DNA of 64,000 nt from an uncultured Acidobacteriota bacterium (GTDB lineage Bacteria > Acidobacteriota > Vicinamibacteria > Vicinamibacterales > UBA8438): positions 224,001 to 288,000 of the forward strand of contig CAJWLU010000001.1 in assembly GCA_913043225.1 (NCBI GenBank), read 5' to 3'. The notes under the pieces were generated by a model that was not told the DNA's origin, did no database searches, and worked only from the letters and a program-made list of their open reading frames with translations. Within the stretch, counting starts at the first letter, position 1, and the number at the start of each line of letters is the position of its first letter. This document shows, piece by piece, positions 1 through 8,845 of this stretch. Made by a program: the position numbers and the translations under genes.

Positions 1-2
1 CG

Positions 3-1433
3 GCGCTGATCGAGACCGAGCGCCAGCCGTATCAGGCGCAGTTCAATCAGGATCGGCATCCGCGACAGCAACCGGCCGTACAGTCGGTGTCGATCGCCGG
101 TCCGTTCGAACCAACCGGACCCGGCGAGACGCCAAGCCGCAACCGGATCTTCATGTGCCAGCCGGACGCCGTCGACGACGAGGCTGATTGCGCCGCCTCG
201 ATCATCTCGGGGCTCGCCCGACGCGCATTCCGCCGACCGGTAAGCTACGCCGACATCGAGATGCCGCTCGCGTTCTTCGAGCAAGGACGCGCCGATGGCG
301 ACTTCGAGAATGGCATCGAGCTAGCGCTACGAGCGTTGCTAACCAGCCCAGAGTTCCTTTTCCGGATCGAGCGCGACCCAGAGCAGGCGCCCGCCGAATC
401 CGCCTATAAGCTCAGCGATGTCGCGTTGGCCTCGCGTCTGTCCTTCTTCCTGTGGAGCAGCATCCCCGACGACGAGCTGCTGGATCTGGCCGAAGCGGGC
501 CGTCTCGGTGAACCGGCCGAGCTCGAACGTCAGGTCCGTCGGATGCTAGCCGACCCCAAGGCGCGCACGCTGACCACCAACTTCGCCGACCAGTGGCTAC
601 ATCTGCGCAACCTCGAGGCGGCGGCCCCGAACCTGCGACTGTTCCCGGACTTCGACGACAACCTGCGAACCGCGTTTCGCGAGGAAACCCAGCTGCTGTT
701 CGCGAGCGTCGTGGACGAGGACCGGAACGTTTTGGACCTGCTCCGCGCCGACTACACGTACCTGAACGAGCGGCTGGCGCGACACTACGAGATCCCGGGG
801 GTATACGGCACCCAGTTCCGGCGGGTTGCCCTGCCCGACGGCAGCGTGCGTCGAGGCCTCCTGGGCCATGGCAGCTTGCTGACCGTGACCTCCTACGCCA
901 CCCGTACCTCGCCGGTGCAACGCGGCAAATGGATCCTCGAGAATCTCCTCGGCATGCCGCCACTGATTCCGCCCGCCAACGTGCCGCCATTAGAGGATCC
1001 GGAGCCTGGCGTGGCCGCGCGATCCATGCGAGAACGGATGGAAGCCCACCGGGCGAATCCAGCCTGTGCCGCGTGTCACCGTTTGATGGACCCGGCTGGG
1101 CTGTCGATGGAAAACTTCGACGCCATCGGCCGCTGGCGCGACCGTAACGAGGACTGGACACCAATTGACGCCGCCGGCAGTATCCCTGGCGGGGGTCGCT
1201 TCGATGGCGTCTCGGGTCTGCGTGCCGCTGTCCTCGCCCGCCCCGAGGTCTTCGCCGGCACCGTCACCGAGAAGCTCATGACCTACGCTCTTGGTCGAGG
1301 ACTTACGGCACACGACGGGCCTGCCATCCGCGCGATCGTGCGCCAGGCGGCAACCAACGACTATCGATTCTCATCCCTGGTGCTCGGCATCATCGAGAGC
1401 ACCCCGTTCCAGATGCGGAGAACGCAATCATGA
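3..1433 (+). CDS. Planctomycete-type cytochrome c protein (DUF1592/DUF1588/DUF1585-like), 5' partial
   Basis: Frame open from position 3. Motifs ALLTSPEFLFR, LASRLSFFLWSSIPDDELL, TSPVQRGKWILENLLG, heme-binding CAACH, C-terminal YRFSSLVLGIIESTPFQMR. Confidence 0.88.
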   Translation, partial: ALIETERQPYQAQFNQDRHPRQQPAVQSVSIAGPFEPTGPGETPSRNRIFMCQPDAVDDEADCAASIISGLARRAFRRPVSYADIEMPLAFFEQGRADGDFENGIELALRALLTSPEFLFRIERDPEQAPAESAYKLSDVALASRLSFFLWSSIPDDELLDLAEAGRLGEPAELERQVRRMLADPKARTLTTNFADQWLHLRNLEAAAPNLRLFPDFDDNLRTAFREETQLLFASVVDEDRNVLDLLRADYTYLNERLARHYEIPGVYGTQFRRVALPDGSVRRGLLGHGSLLTVTSYATRTSPVQRGKWILENLLGMPPLIPPANVPPLEDPEPGVAARSMRERMEAHRANPACAACHRLMDPAGLSMENFDAIGRWRDRNEDWTPIDAAGSIPGGGRFDGVSGLRAAVLARPEVFAGTVTEKLMTYALGRGLTAHDGPAIRAIVRQAATNDYRFSSLVLGIIESTPFQMRRTQS

Positions 1434-2782
1434 TGATCAGCAAGATGGCACTGCCGCGCCGTACGTTCCTCCGGGGTCTCGGCGCGACGGTCGCGCTGCC
1501 GCTGCTCGACTCGATGGTCCCCGCGTTCACGGCGCAAGCCGCGACCGCGGCCAATGCGCCTCGCCGGCTCGGCTACGTGTTCATTCCGATGGGAATGAAT
1601 CCAGAGCCGTGGACGCCGAAGGAGGTTGGGACGCTGAGTCAGCTGTCACCGTCGCTCGCCTCGCTGACGCCGCATCTGAACGACGTCACGGTGGTCACCA
1701 ACCTGGATCTCGAGAATGCCCACACGACCGGCAACCACGCCTCGTCGAACGCGGCATTCCTGAGCTGCCTCCGGGGAAAGCGGACCGAGGGTAGCGACTA
1801 TGAGCTAGGGACCACGGTCGACCAGATTGCCGCACAGCAGATCGGCGGAGACACGCCGATTCCGTCGCTCGAGCTCGGCACCGACCTAATCGTCCAGGTG
1901 GGCGCTTGCGACAACGGCTACGCCTGCGTCTACCAGAACAATCTGTCGTGGTCGTCGCCCACCTCGCCGCTGCCGACCGAGGCGGACCCGCGGGTGGTCT
2001 TCGAGCGTCTCTTTGGCGACGGCGGGTCGCCCGAACAGCGCCGGGCTGAGATGCAGAAGAACGCCAGCATTCTGGACTGGGTGCTCGACGACATGTCGCG
2101 TCTCCAGCGCCAGCTCGGCAACACCGACCGCGTCAAGGTGGACGAGTATGTAAGCACCGTCCGAGAGGTGGAGCGACGCATTCAACTCGCCGAGCAACAG
2201 GCCGGCGAGTCACCGTTGCCGGATCTCACTAGGCCGACCAGCGTCCCGGAAGACTGGGAAGACCACGTTAAGCTGATGTACGACCTACAGGTGCTCGCGC
2301 TGCAAGCCGACCTAACCCGGGTCATCACGTTCCAGATGGCGCGTGAAGCTAGCACGCGAAGCTACCCACAGATCGGGGTACCAGAGCCACATCACCCGAT
2401 CTCGCACCACGTCAACGATCCAGAGAAACTCGCCAAGCTGGCGAAGATAAACGCCTACCACGTGTCCTTGTTCGCCTACATGATCGATCGGTTGAAGCAG
2501 ACGGCCGACGGCGACGGGTCGCTCCTCGACCATTCGACGTTCATGCTGGGAAGCGGCATGGGGAACCCAGACGTGCACGACCACCGCAACCTGCCGATCA
2601 TCGTGGCGCGCGGTGGCGGCGACAAGCCGTGGGGTGGCCGTCACATCAAATACGAGCCGGGCACCCCGCTCGCCAATCTACACCTGGCGGTACTCGACGA
2701 CGTGGGGGTTCACCTAGATTCGTTCGTTGATAGCACCGGACACGCCATCGAAGTGATGGAGCCGGTGTCGCTGTCCGACTGA
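1430..2782 (+). CDS. DUF1552 (HXXSHH) protein with Tat-like signal
   Basis: LPRRTFLRGLGATVALPLLDSM twin-Arg leader, HHPISHH motif, DGSLLDHS...HDHRNLP. ATGA overlap with the upstream gene. Confidence 0.88.
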   Translation: MMISKMALPRRTFLRGLGATVALPLLDSMVPAFTAQAATAANAPRRLGYVFIPMGMNPEPWTPKEVGTLSQLSPSLASLTPHLNDVTVVTNLDLENAHTTGNHASSNAAFLSCLRGKRTEGSDYELGTTVDQIAAQQIGGDTPIPSLELGTDLIVQVGACDNGYACVYQNNLSWSSPTSPLPTEADPRVVFERLFGDGGSPEQRRAEMQKNASILDWVLDDMSRLQRQLGNTDRVKVDEYVSTVREVERRIQLAEQQAGESPLPDLTRPTSVPEDWEDHVKLMYDLQVLALQADLTRVITFQMAREASTRSYPQIGVPEPHHPISHHVNDPEKLAKLAKINAYHVSLFAYMIDRLKQTADGDGSLLDHSTFMLGSGMGNPDVHDHRNLPIIVARGGGDKPWGGRHIKYEPGTPLANLHLAVLDDVGVHLDSFVDSTGHAIEVMEPVSLSD

Positions 2783-2891
2783 GTGAAGCGGAGGGTTTGG
2801 TACTGAAGACCGTGCCATGCCCGGTGAGGTCGTCGAGCCTGGCTCAGCAACCGGCGCTTTGGTTTGGGAAGAAGATGATCGGAGAAGGTCG

Positions 2892-4370
2892 ATGCTGCGC
2901 TTATTTTTAGGCGTTGCGGGACTGGTTGTCCCGCTCGGTCTCGCCGTTCCGTCAATGGCGGCGGTGGACATCCCCGAACTGGTGAGCGCCACGAAGGCGG
3001 ATGACGCGGCCGCCGTGCGAACCCTGCTCGAGGCGGGCGCGGACGTCAACGACGCGGAGCCGGACGGCACGACGGCCCTGCACTGGGCGGCCCATCTTCA
3101 GCATCCTGAGATCGCGCGACTGTTGCTCGAAGCGGGGGCGGTACCCAACGGAGCCAACCGGTATGGTGTGCGGCCACTGTCTCTGGCCGCGGTGGGAGGC
3201 AACGCCGAGCTCGTTGCGACGCTGCTCGAAGCCGGCGCAAATCCAAACACCAGTCTGACCGCCGGCGAAACCGTCCTGATGACAGCGGCTCGAGCCGGCG
3301 CTACCGACGCGGTGGAGTTGCTGCTCGAGGCAGGAGCGAACGCCAACCTGCAGGAAGCGTGGAAGGGCCAGACCGCGCTGATGTGGGCCGCGTCGGAGGG
3401 CCACGCGCAGGTCATTCTAGCCCTTGTGGCGGCCGGCGCCAACGTCGCCGCACGTTCCAAGCGCGGCTTCACGGCGTTGCTGTTCGCGGCCCGCGAGGGG
3501 CGCACGGACGTGGTGCAGACCCTGCTCGAAGCAGGCGCCAACCTGGACGAACAGATCTCGATCAATTCGACGCTGACCGCTGGCGGCGTGGAACAGCGAC
3601 GCGCTTCAAACGCCGGTCTGAACGCGTTCCTCCTGGCGGCAGGCAGCGCCCACTTCGAGCTCGCCGCCTACCTCCTGGACCGTGGCGCAGACCCGAACAC
3701 GGATCCCCGTGGATGGACGGCACTGCATCAGCTGAGCTGGGTGCGGAAGGCTGGCATCGCCGGAAGCAATAATCCGGCGCCGCGCGGGTCGGGGGCGATG
3801 ACCAGCCTGCAGTTCGCCGAAAAGCTGATCGCCGCGGGCGCCGACCTGAACGCCCGGGTCACCACCCGGCCGCCGGCGGGGATCACCGGGCTGAACTTCA
3901 TCGGCGGTACTCCGTTCCTGCTGGCCGCCCGCACCGCCGACGCTGAGCTGATGCGACTGCTGCTGGAGGCCGGCGCCGACACGACACTGACCAACGAGGA
4001 CGGCTCGAACGCCTTGATGGTGGCGGCGGGACTCGGCACCTCGTCGCCGGGCGAAGACCCGGGCACCGAAGCGGAAGTCCTAGAGGCGGTCGAGGTGGCA
4101 CTTGGCGCGGGCCTAGACATCGACGCGGTCGACCAGAAGGGGGAGACCGCCATGCATGGCGCCACCTACAAGCACCTGCCGCGCGTGGTGCACCGACTGG
4201 CTGACGCCGGCGCTGACATCGTGGTCTGGAATCAGCCGAACGACCGCGGCGCGACGCCGCTCGGCATCGCGGTAGGCATGCACCGCGGAATGAACATCCT
4301 GAGCTCGCCGGTCACCGCAGACGCGGTCCGCGACATCATGCGGTCGGCCGGCGTCGAACCGACCCAGTAA
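2892..4370 (+). CDS. Secreted ankyrin-repeat protein
   Basis: Repeated G.T(A/P)L..AA..G...V..LLEAGA units. ATG 2892 follows GGAGAAGG and begins a signal peptide (MLRLFLGVAGLVVPLGLAVPSMA). Confidence 0.9.
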   Translation: MLRLFLGVAGLVVPLGLAVPSMAAVDIPELVSATKADDAAAVRTLLEAGADVNDAEPDGTTALHWAAHLQHPEIARLLLEAGAVPNGANRYGVRPLSLAAVGGNAELVATLLEAGANPNTSLTAGETVLMTAARAGATDAVELLLEAGANANLQEAWKGQTALMWAASEGHAQVILALVAAGANVAARSKRGFTALLFAAREGRTDVVQTLLEAGANLDEQISINSTLTAGGVEQRRASNAGLNAFLLAAGSAHFELAAYLLDRGADPNTDPRGWTALHQLSWVRKAGIAGSNNPAPRGSGAMTSLQFAEKLIAAGADLNARVTTRPPAGITGLNFIGGTPFLLAARTADAELMRLLLEAGADTTLTNEDGSNALMVAAGLGTSSPGEDPGTEAEVLEAVEVALGAGLDIDAVDQKGETAMHGATYKHLPRVVHRLADAGADIVVWNQPNDRGATPLGIAVGMHRGMNILSSPVTADAVRDIMRSAGVEPTQ

Positions 4371-4392
4371 GGCGGCGAAGGCCACTCACGGA

Positions 4393-6543
4393 ATGCGAAC
4401 CCTGCTGCTCGCAACTGGCGGCGCTGCGCTCACGGCGCTGGCCGTCGGCTGCTCCGACCCTGCGATGACGACGCCCGAGTCTGCCCCGACCGACACCGAC
4501 AACGCGCTCCTTGCCGAATGGACGGGCCCGTTCGGCGGCGTGCCGGCCTTCGACCGCATGGACCTCGACGCGCTCAAGCCGGCGCTCGACGCCGGCATGG
4601 CCATCCAGCTGGCCGAGATCGACGTCATCGCCACCAATCCCGATCCCCCGACCTTCGAGAACACTATCGTGGCGCTCGAGCGCTCCGGTCTGGCGCTAAA
4701 CCGGGTGGCGACCTACTACGGCGTCTGGGGTTCCAACGTCTCGACGCCGGAGTTCCGGGATATCCAGCGCGCCATGGCGCCACGCCTGGCCGAGTTCGAC
4801 TCCACCATCCGACAGAACGGGGCACTGTTCGACCGGATCCGTGCGATCTACGAGGGCGACGACTTGTCAACCTTGCGACCAGACCAGCAACGCCTGGTGC
4901 AGCTCGTCTACGACGGCTTCGCTCGCAACGGCGCCACACTGGAGGGCGATGCGAAGGCTCGCTACGCCGAAATCGAACAACGGCTGGCTGAGCTCCATAC
5001 CGCGTTCTCGAACAACGTGCTGGCCGACGAGGAAGGTTATGTGACCTACCTCTCGGAGGCGCAGCTTAACGGGCTACCTCCGTCGTTCGTGCAAGCGGCG
5101 GCCGCGGCCGCCACCGCCCGAGGGCGCGACGGCGAGTACGCCATTACCAACACCCGGTCGTCCATGGACCCGTTCCTGACCTTCTCGACCGAACGGGATC
5201 TGCGCGAAGAGGTGTGGCATACCTACTACTCGCGCGGTGACAACGGCGACGAACGGGACAACAATGCCACCATCGCGGAGATTCTCGCGCTGCGGCACGA
5301 ACGAGTCGGCCTGCTGGGCTACGACGACTACGCAACCTGGCGTCTCGAGAACCGGATGGCAAAAACCCCGGCCCAGGCGCTCGAGCTGATGGAAGCGGTA
5401 TGGCCGGCGGCACTAGCGCGGGTCGAGGAGGAGGTCGCCGCAATGCAAGCGGTCGCCGACTCCGAAGGCGCCGGCATCACAGTCTCGCCCTGGGACTACC
5501 GTTTCTACGCCGAGAAGGTCAGACAGTCCACCTACGACCTGGACTCGGACGAGGTAAAGCAGTACCTGCAGCTCGACCGGCTTCGGGAAGGCATGTTCTT
5601 CGTCGCTGGTGAGCTGTTCGACTTCGCGTTCCGCGAGGTCTCCGACGGCTCGGTCCCCGTCTTCCACGAAGACGTCAGCGTCTGGGAAGTCACGCGCCGC
5701 TCCACAGGAACCCACGTCGGCGTCTGGTATCTCGACCCGTACGCCCGTCCGGGGAAACGCTCAGGCGCCTGGGCCTCAAGCTACCGCAGCCATGAGCTGG
5801 TCGACGGACAAGAAGTGACCGTGCTCGGCTCGAACAACTCGAACTTCATCAAACCGGCGCCGGGCGAGCCCGTCCTCGTTTCCTGGGACGACGCCGAGAC
5901 GTTCTTCCACGAATTCGGCCACGCGCTGCACTACTTCTCGTCAACCGTCGAGTACCTCACCCTCAACGGCGGTGTCCGGGACTACACCGAGTTCCAGTCG
6001 CAACTTCTTGAGCGATGGCTCCTAACCGACGAGGTCATCGACGGGTTCCTTCGGCATCACGAAACCGGGGAACGGATGCCAGACGAGCTGGTCACCCGAA
6101 TCAAGAACGCCGCCACCTTCAACCAGGGATTCATCACCACGGAGTACCTGGCATGCGCGCTGGTCGACATGCGCTTCCACACCTCGGATCCAGACAGGCT
6201 AGACGCCGACCAGTTTGAACGGGAGACCCTGGCCGAGCTAGGGATGCCTGATGAGATCGTGATGCGGCACCGCAGCCCACACTTCGGCCATATTTTCTCG
6301 GGCGAGGGCTACTCGGCCGGCTACTACGGCTACATGTGGGCGGATGTGCTGACGGCGGATGCCGCCGAGGCGTTCGCGGAAGCGCCAGGCGGGTTCTACG
6401 ACAAAGACCTAGCGGCGAAGCTCGTAGAACACCTGTTCGCGGCGCGCAACGCGGTCGATCCCGCCGAGGCCTACCGGACGTTCCGCGGGCGAGACGCCAC
6501 GATCGAGGCACTGATGCGCGACCGAGGATTCCCGGTTCCGTAG
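4393..6543 (+). CDS. dcp: M3 metallopeptidase, peptidyl-dipeptidase Dcp-like, probable lipoprotein
   Basis: PTFENTI, KRSGAWAS, FHEFGHALH (HEXXH), HFGHIFSGEGYSAGYYGYMWA; lipobox LAVGC. Confidence 0.85.
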   Translation: MRTLLLATGGAALTALAVGCSDPAMTTPESAPTDTDNALLAEWTGPFGGVPAFDRMDLDALKPALDAGMAIQLAEIDVIATNPDPPTFENTIVALERSGLALNRVATYYGVWGSNVSTPEFRDIQRAMAPRLAEFDSTIRQNGALFDRIRAIYEGDDLSTLRPDQQRLVQLVYDGFARNGATLEGDAKARYAEIEQRLAELHTAFSNNVLADEEGYVTYLSEAQLNGLPPSFVQAAAAAATARGRDGEYAITNTRSSMDPFLTFSTERDLREEVWHTYYSRGDNGDERDNNATIAEILALRHERVGLLGYDDYATWRLENRMAKTPAQALELMEAVWPAALARVEEEVAAMQAVADSEGAGITVSPWDYRFYAEKVRQSTYDLDSDEVKQYLQLDRLREGMFFVAGELFDFAFREVSDGSVPVFHEDVSVWEVTRRSTGTHVGVWYLDPYARPGKRSGAWASSYRSHELVDGQEVTVLGSNNSNFIKPAPGEPVLVSWDDAETFFHEFGHALHYFSSTVEYLTLNGGVRDYTEFQSQLLERWLLTDEVIDGFLRHHETGERMPDELVTRIKNAATFNQGFITTEYLACALVDMRFHTSDPDRLDADQFERETLAELGMPDEIVMRHRSPHFGHIFSGEGYSAGYYGYMWADVLTADAAEAFAEAPGGFYDKDLAAKLVEHLFAARNAVDPAEAYRTFRGRDATIEALMRDRGFPVP

Positions 6544-6549
6544 CGCCGG

Positions 6550-7308
6550 CTACGGTTCACAACTCTCCGACAGGCTCTGTACCGACGTTACGTTGAGGCT
6601 GTGCACGGGGGGCACCGCCGTGCCCTCTTCGTCTCGGATCAGCAGCCCCTTGGTCTCTACCCGATGTCCAACATAGGCGTCTGGGCTCGGGAACACATAC
6701 ATCAGCCTGAACCCACGGTCGCCGAGCGGCGTGGCTTCGACGACGGCCAGCTCGGCGTCGACCGAGGGCGTCGGCTCCGATGAACGCGCCTCTGGGCTAG
6801 CGTTTTCGAGCGTCCAGCCATCAGTGGCGCTGCCACGTAGACAACCGACTACCCTGACGAGAGCGAAGTTTGGTACCACGTCACGGCCTTCGTCTCCTTC
6901 GACATAGACGCCGCTCAAGAGAGCCGTCGACAGCTCCTCGCCACCCTCGGGAAACCCGTTTCGCTCGAGCACATAGCTGATGATATCGACATAAGCCTCT
7001 GCCTCCAGCCCGGCGGATCCGCCTGGAGGCATCGACTGCATCCGTTCGAACAGGCCGTCGAGCGTGAGCCCCGTCCAGTCGCGCAGGAAAACATCGCCGG
7101 TGAGCGAGCGTCCCGCTCCGCCGGTGAGGTCGGCCCCATGGCAGCGTTGACAGCTCGTCTCGTACTGGTCGCGGCCACGAACCGCCTGCGCGGCGGTGTA
7201 GACCCCGTCCTTCACGCTCGTCTCCTGACCACCGGTGGCGGCCGGCACCACCGCCATGAGCGCCGCCCCAATGAGCGCCAACATCACACGCGTCGCCAGC
7301 CGTCTCAC
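6550..7308 (-). CDS. Periplasmic monoheme cytochrome c with a C-terminal extra domain
   Basis: Signal peptide; GVYTAAQAVRG...CQRCHG, distal MPP, YVLERNGFP; second domain VRVVGCL...VGHRVETKG...SESCEP. Confidence 0.8.
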   Translation of the reverse strand: MRRLATRVMLALIGAALMAVVPAATGGQETSVKDGVYTAAQAVRGRDQYETSCQRCHGADLTGGAGRSLTGDVFLRDWTGLTLDGLFERMQSMPPGGSAGLEAEAYVDIISYVLERNGFPEGGEELSTALLSGVYVEGDEGRDVVPNFALVRVVGCLRGSATDGWTLENASPEARSSEPTPSVDAELAVVEATPLGDRGFRLMYVFPSPDAYVGHRVETKGLLIRDEEGTAVPPVHSLNVTSVQSLSESCEP

Positions 7309-7404
7309 GATGCAGTCCCCTTCCGAAACTCGGTATCAAACTCGCGCTGGACGCCACCCGGACGGTCAAGTAAGCCGCCGGGTTCATCAACCGCCGCCTT
7401 CTCG

Positions 7405-7433
7405 TTGCTGCCAGAGGCGCGGAGTGATATAAC
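7405..7433 (+). promoter_or_regulatory. Candidate sigma70 promoter
   Basis: TTGCTG, 17 nt spacer, TATAAC with TG extension, about 50 nt before the 7483 start. Confidence 0.55.
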
Positions 7434-7482
7434 CCAATCATACAGTGCGGTGTGTCCGGCACGCGGGGAGGAGTCTAGTCAA

Positions 7483-8781
7483 ATGTTCAGTCGTTTCCGA
7501 TCATTGGTGGTGGTTTCGGTGTTCGGTCTTGCTCTCGCGGCAACGGCCCCGGGCGCGGCGGCCAATGAAGCGGACGTGACCTATTACCAGGATGTCCTCC
7601 CGATCATCCAGAACAACTGCCAGAACTGCCATCGCCCCGAAGGACTAAACCTAGGCGGCGTCATCGCGCCGATGTCCTTCATGAGCTACGAAGAAACCCG
7701 CCCCTGGGCGCGCTCTATCAAGCTTAAGGTCGAAGCTCACGAGATGCCGCCCTGGTACGCCTCGGCTCCGAAAGGCGTCTTCTCGAACGAGCGCGGTCTG
7801 ACTGAGGACGAGATCGGCACGATCGCCCGCTGGGTCGACGCAGGCGCGCCGGCCGGCGACCGCAGCCAGGCGCCAGCCCCGAAGACCTTTGCCGAGACCA
7901 CGAGCGGCGGCTGGTCGCTCGGGACTCCGGACTACGTGTTCCAACTCGACGAGCCGTATTTCGTCGAGGACGACGTGTATGACCTGAACATCAGCTTCTA
8001 CAAGACGCTCACCGCGGCCGAGTTGCCCGAAGACCTGTGGGTTCGCGGCTGGGAGTTCAAGACGGGCGCCGGAACCGTAGCCCATCACATGTGCGGCTAC
8101 GTGCGTGCTCCCGCTCCCGATGTAGAGCCTGGCGCGGCGGCCGAGAAGGGCGTGGCCGGGGCCGGCCAGCTGCTAACCTGCATCGCCGAGGGCACCGAGG
8201 CGGTCATGCTGCCAGACGGCTACGGTCTGCATCTGGAGGCGGGCTCGACGCTGACCTACAACATGCATTTCCATAAGGAGCCTGGCGAAGGCAGCGGCGT
8301 CTGGACGCAGCCCGAGGTCGCGTTCTTCGTGGAGGAGCGGCCGGTGACCCACAAGGTCACCAACAACTCCATCGGCAATACCGGATTCGAGCTGCCGCCG
8401 CGGATCGACGACTACCGGATCGGCGCGTCCCGCACGCTGGAAGAAGACATCTACGTGCTGACCTACTGGCCTCATGGCCACCTCCGCGCCAAAGCCGCTC
8501 GCTACACAGCCACCTACCCGGATGGCCGAACCGAGCTGCTGTTGGACGTGCCCGAGTACGACAACGGGTGGCAGGAGACCTACAAGCTGAAGCAGCCGAA
8601 GCTTCTGCCGGAGGGCACGCGTATCGACGTCAGCCACTGGTATGACAACTCCGCAGAACGCGGTGCGCTCTACGACTTCGATCCAACTCTGACCCCGGGC
8701 CACGGCCCGCGCACCGACGACGAGATGTCGCTCGGATTCATCGGCTACGCGGTAGAGCTCGACGCCGCCGACGAGAACTAA
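7483..8781 (+). CDS. Heme c-containing copper type II (PHM/DBH-like) monooxygenase-family protein
   Basis: SD GAGGAG before ATG 7483; signal peptide; CQNCH and MPPW heme domain; copper motifs VAHHMC, NMHFH, WPHGH, DDEMS. Confidence 0.75.
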   Translation: MFSRFRSLVVVSVFGLALAATAPGAAANEADVTYYQDVLPIIQNNCQNCHRPEGLNLGGVIAPMSFMSYEETRPWARSIKLKVEAHEMPPWYASAPKGVFSNERGLTEDEIGTIARWVDAGAPAGDRSQAPAPKTFAETTSGGWSLGTPDYVFQLDEPYFVEDDVYDLNISFYKTLTAAELPEDLWVRGWEFKTGAGTVAHHMCGYVRAPAPDVEPGAAAEKGVAGAGQLLTCIAEGTEAVMLPDGYGLHLEAGSTLTYNMHFHKEPGEGSGVWTQPEVAFFVEERPVTHKVTNNSIGNTGFELPPRIDDYRIGASRTLEEDIYVLTYWPHGHLRAKAARYTATYPDGRTELLLDVPEYDNGWQETYKLKQPKLLPEGTRIDVSHWYDNSAERGALYDFDPTLTPGHGPRTDDEMSLGFIGYAVELDAADEN

Positions 8782-8796
8782 CCTCATTCCTCGAGA

Positions 8797-8833
8797 GCCG
8801 GGCCTCGTTCTTCGGGGCCCGGCATCTTCGTTT
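8797..8833 (+). terminator. Probable Rho-independent terminator
   Basis: 11-bp stem GCCGGGCCTCG/CGGGGCCCGGC (one G-U), TTCTT loop, followed by ATCTTCGTTT, just after stop 8781. Confidence 0.6.
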
Positions 8834-8845
8834 CCTGGTCGAGCT

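Noticed and set aside
2892..4370. Ankyrin protein as a host-interaction effector
   Set aside because: Its operon context explains it and nothing in the sequence indicates a host.
7138..7482. 115-aa N-terminal extension of the 547-aa ORF
   Set aside because: It overlaps the opposite-strand cytochrome c gene; promoter, SD and signal peptide point to ATG 7483.
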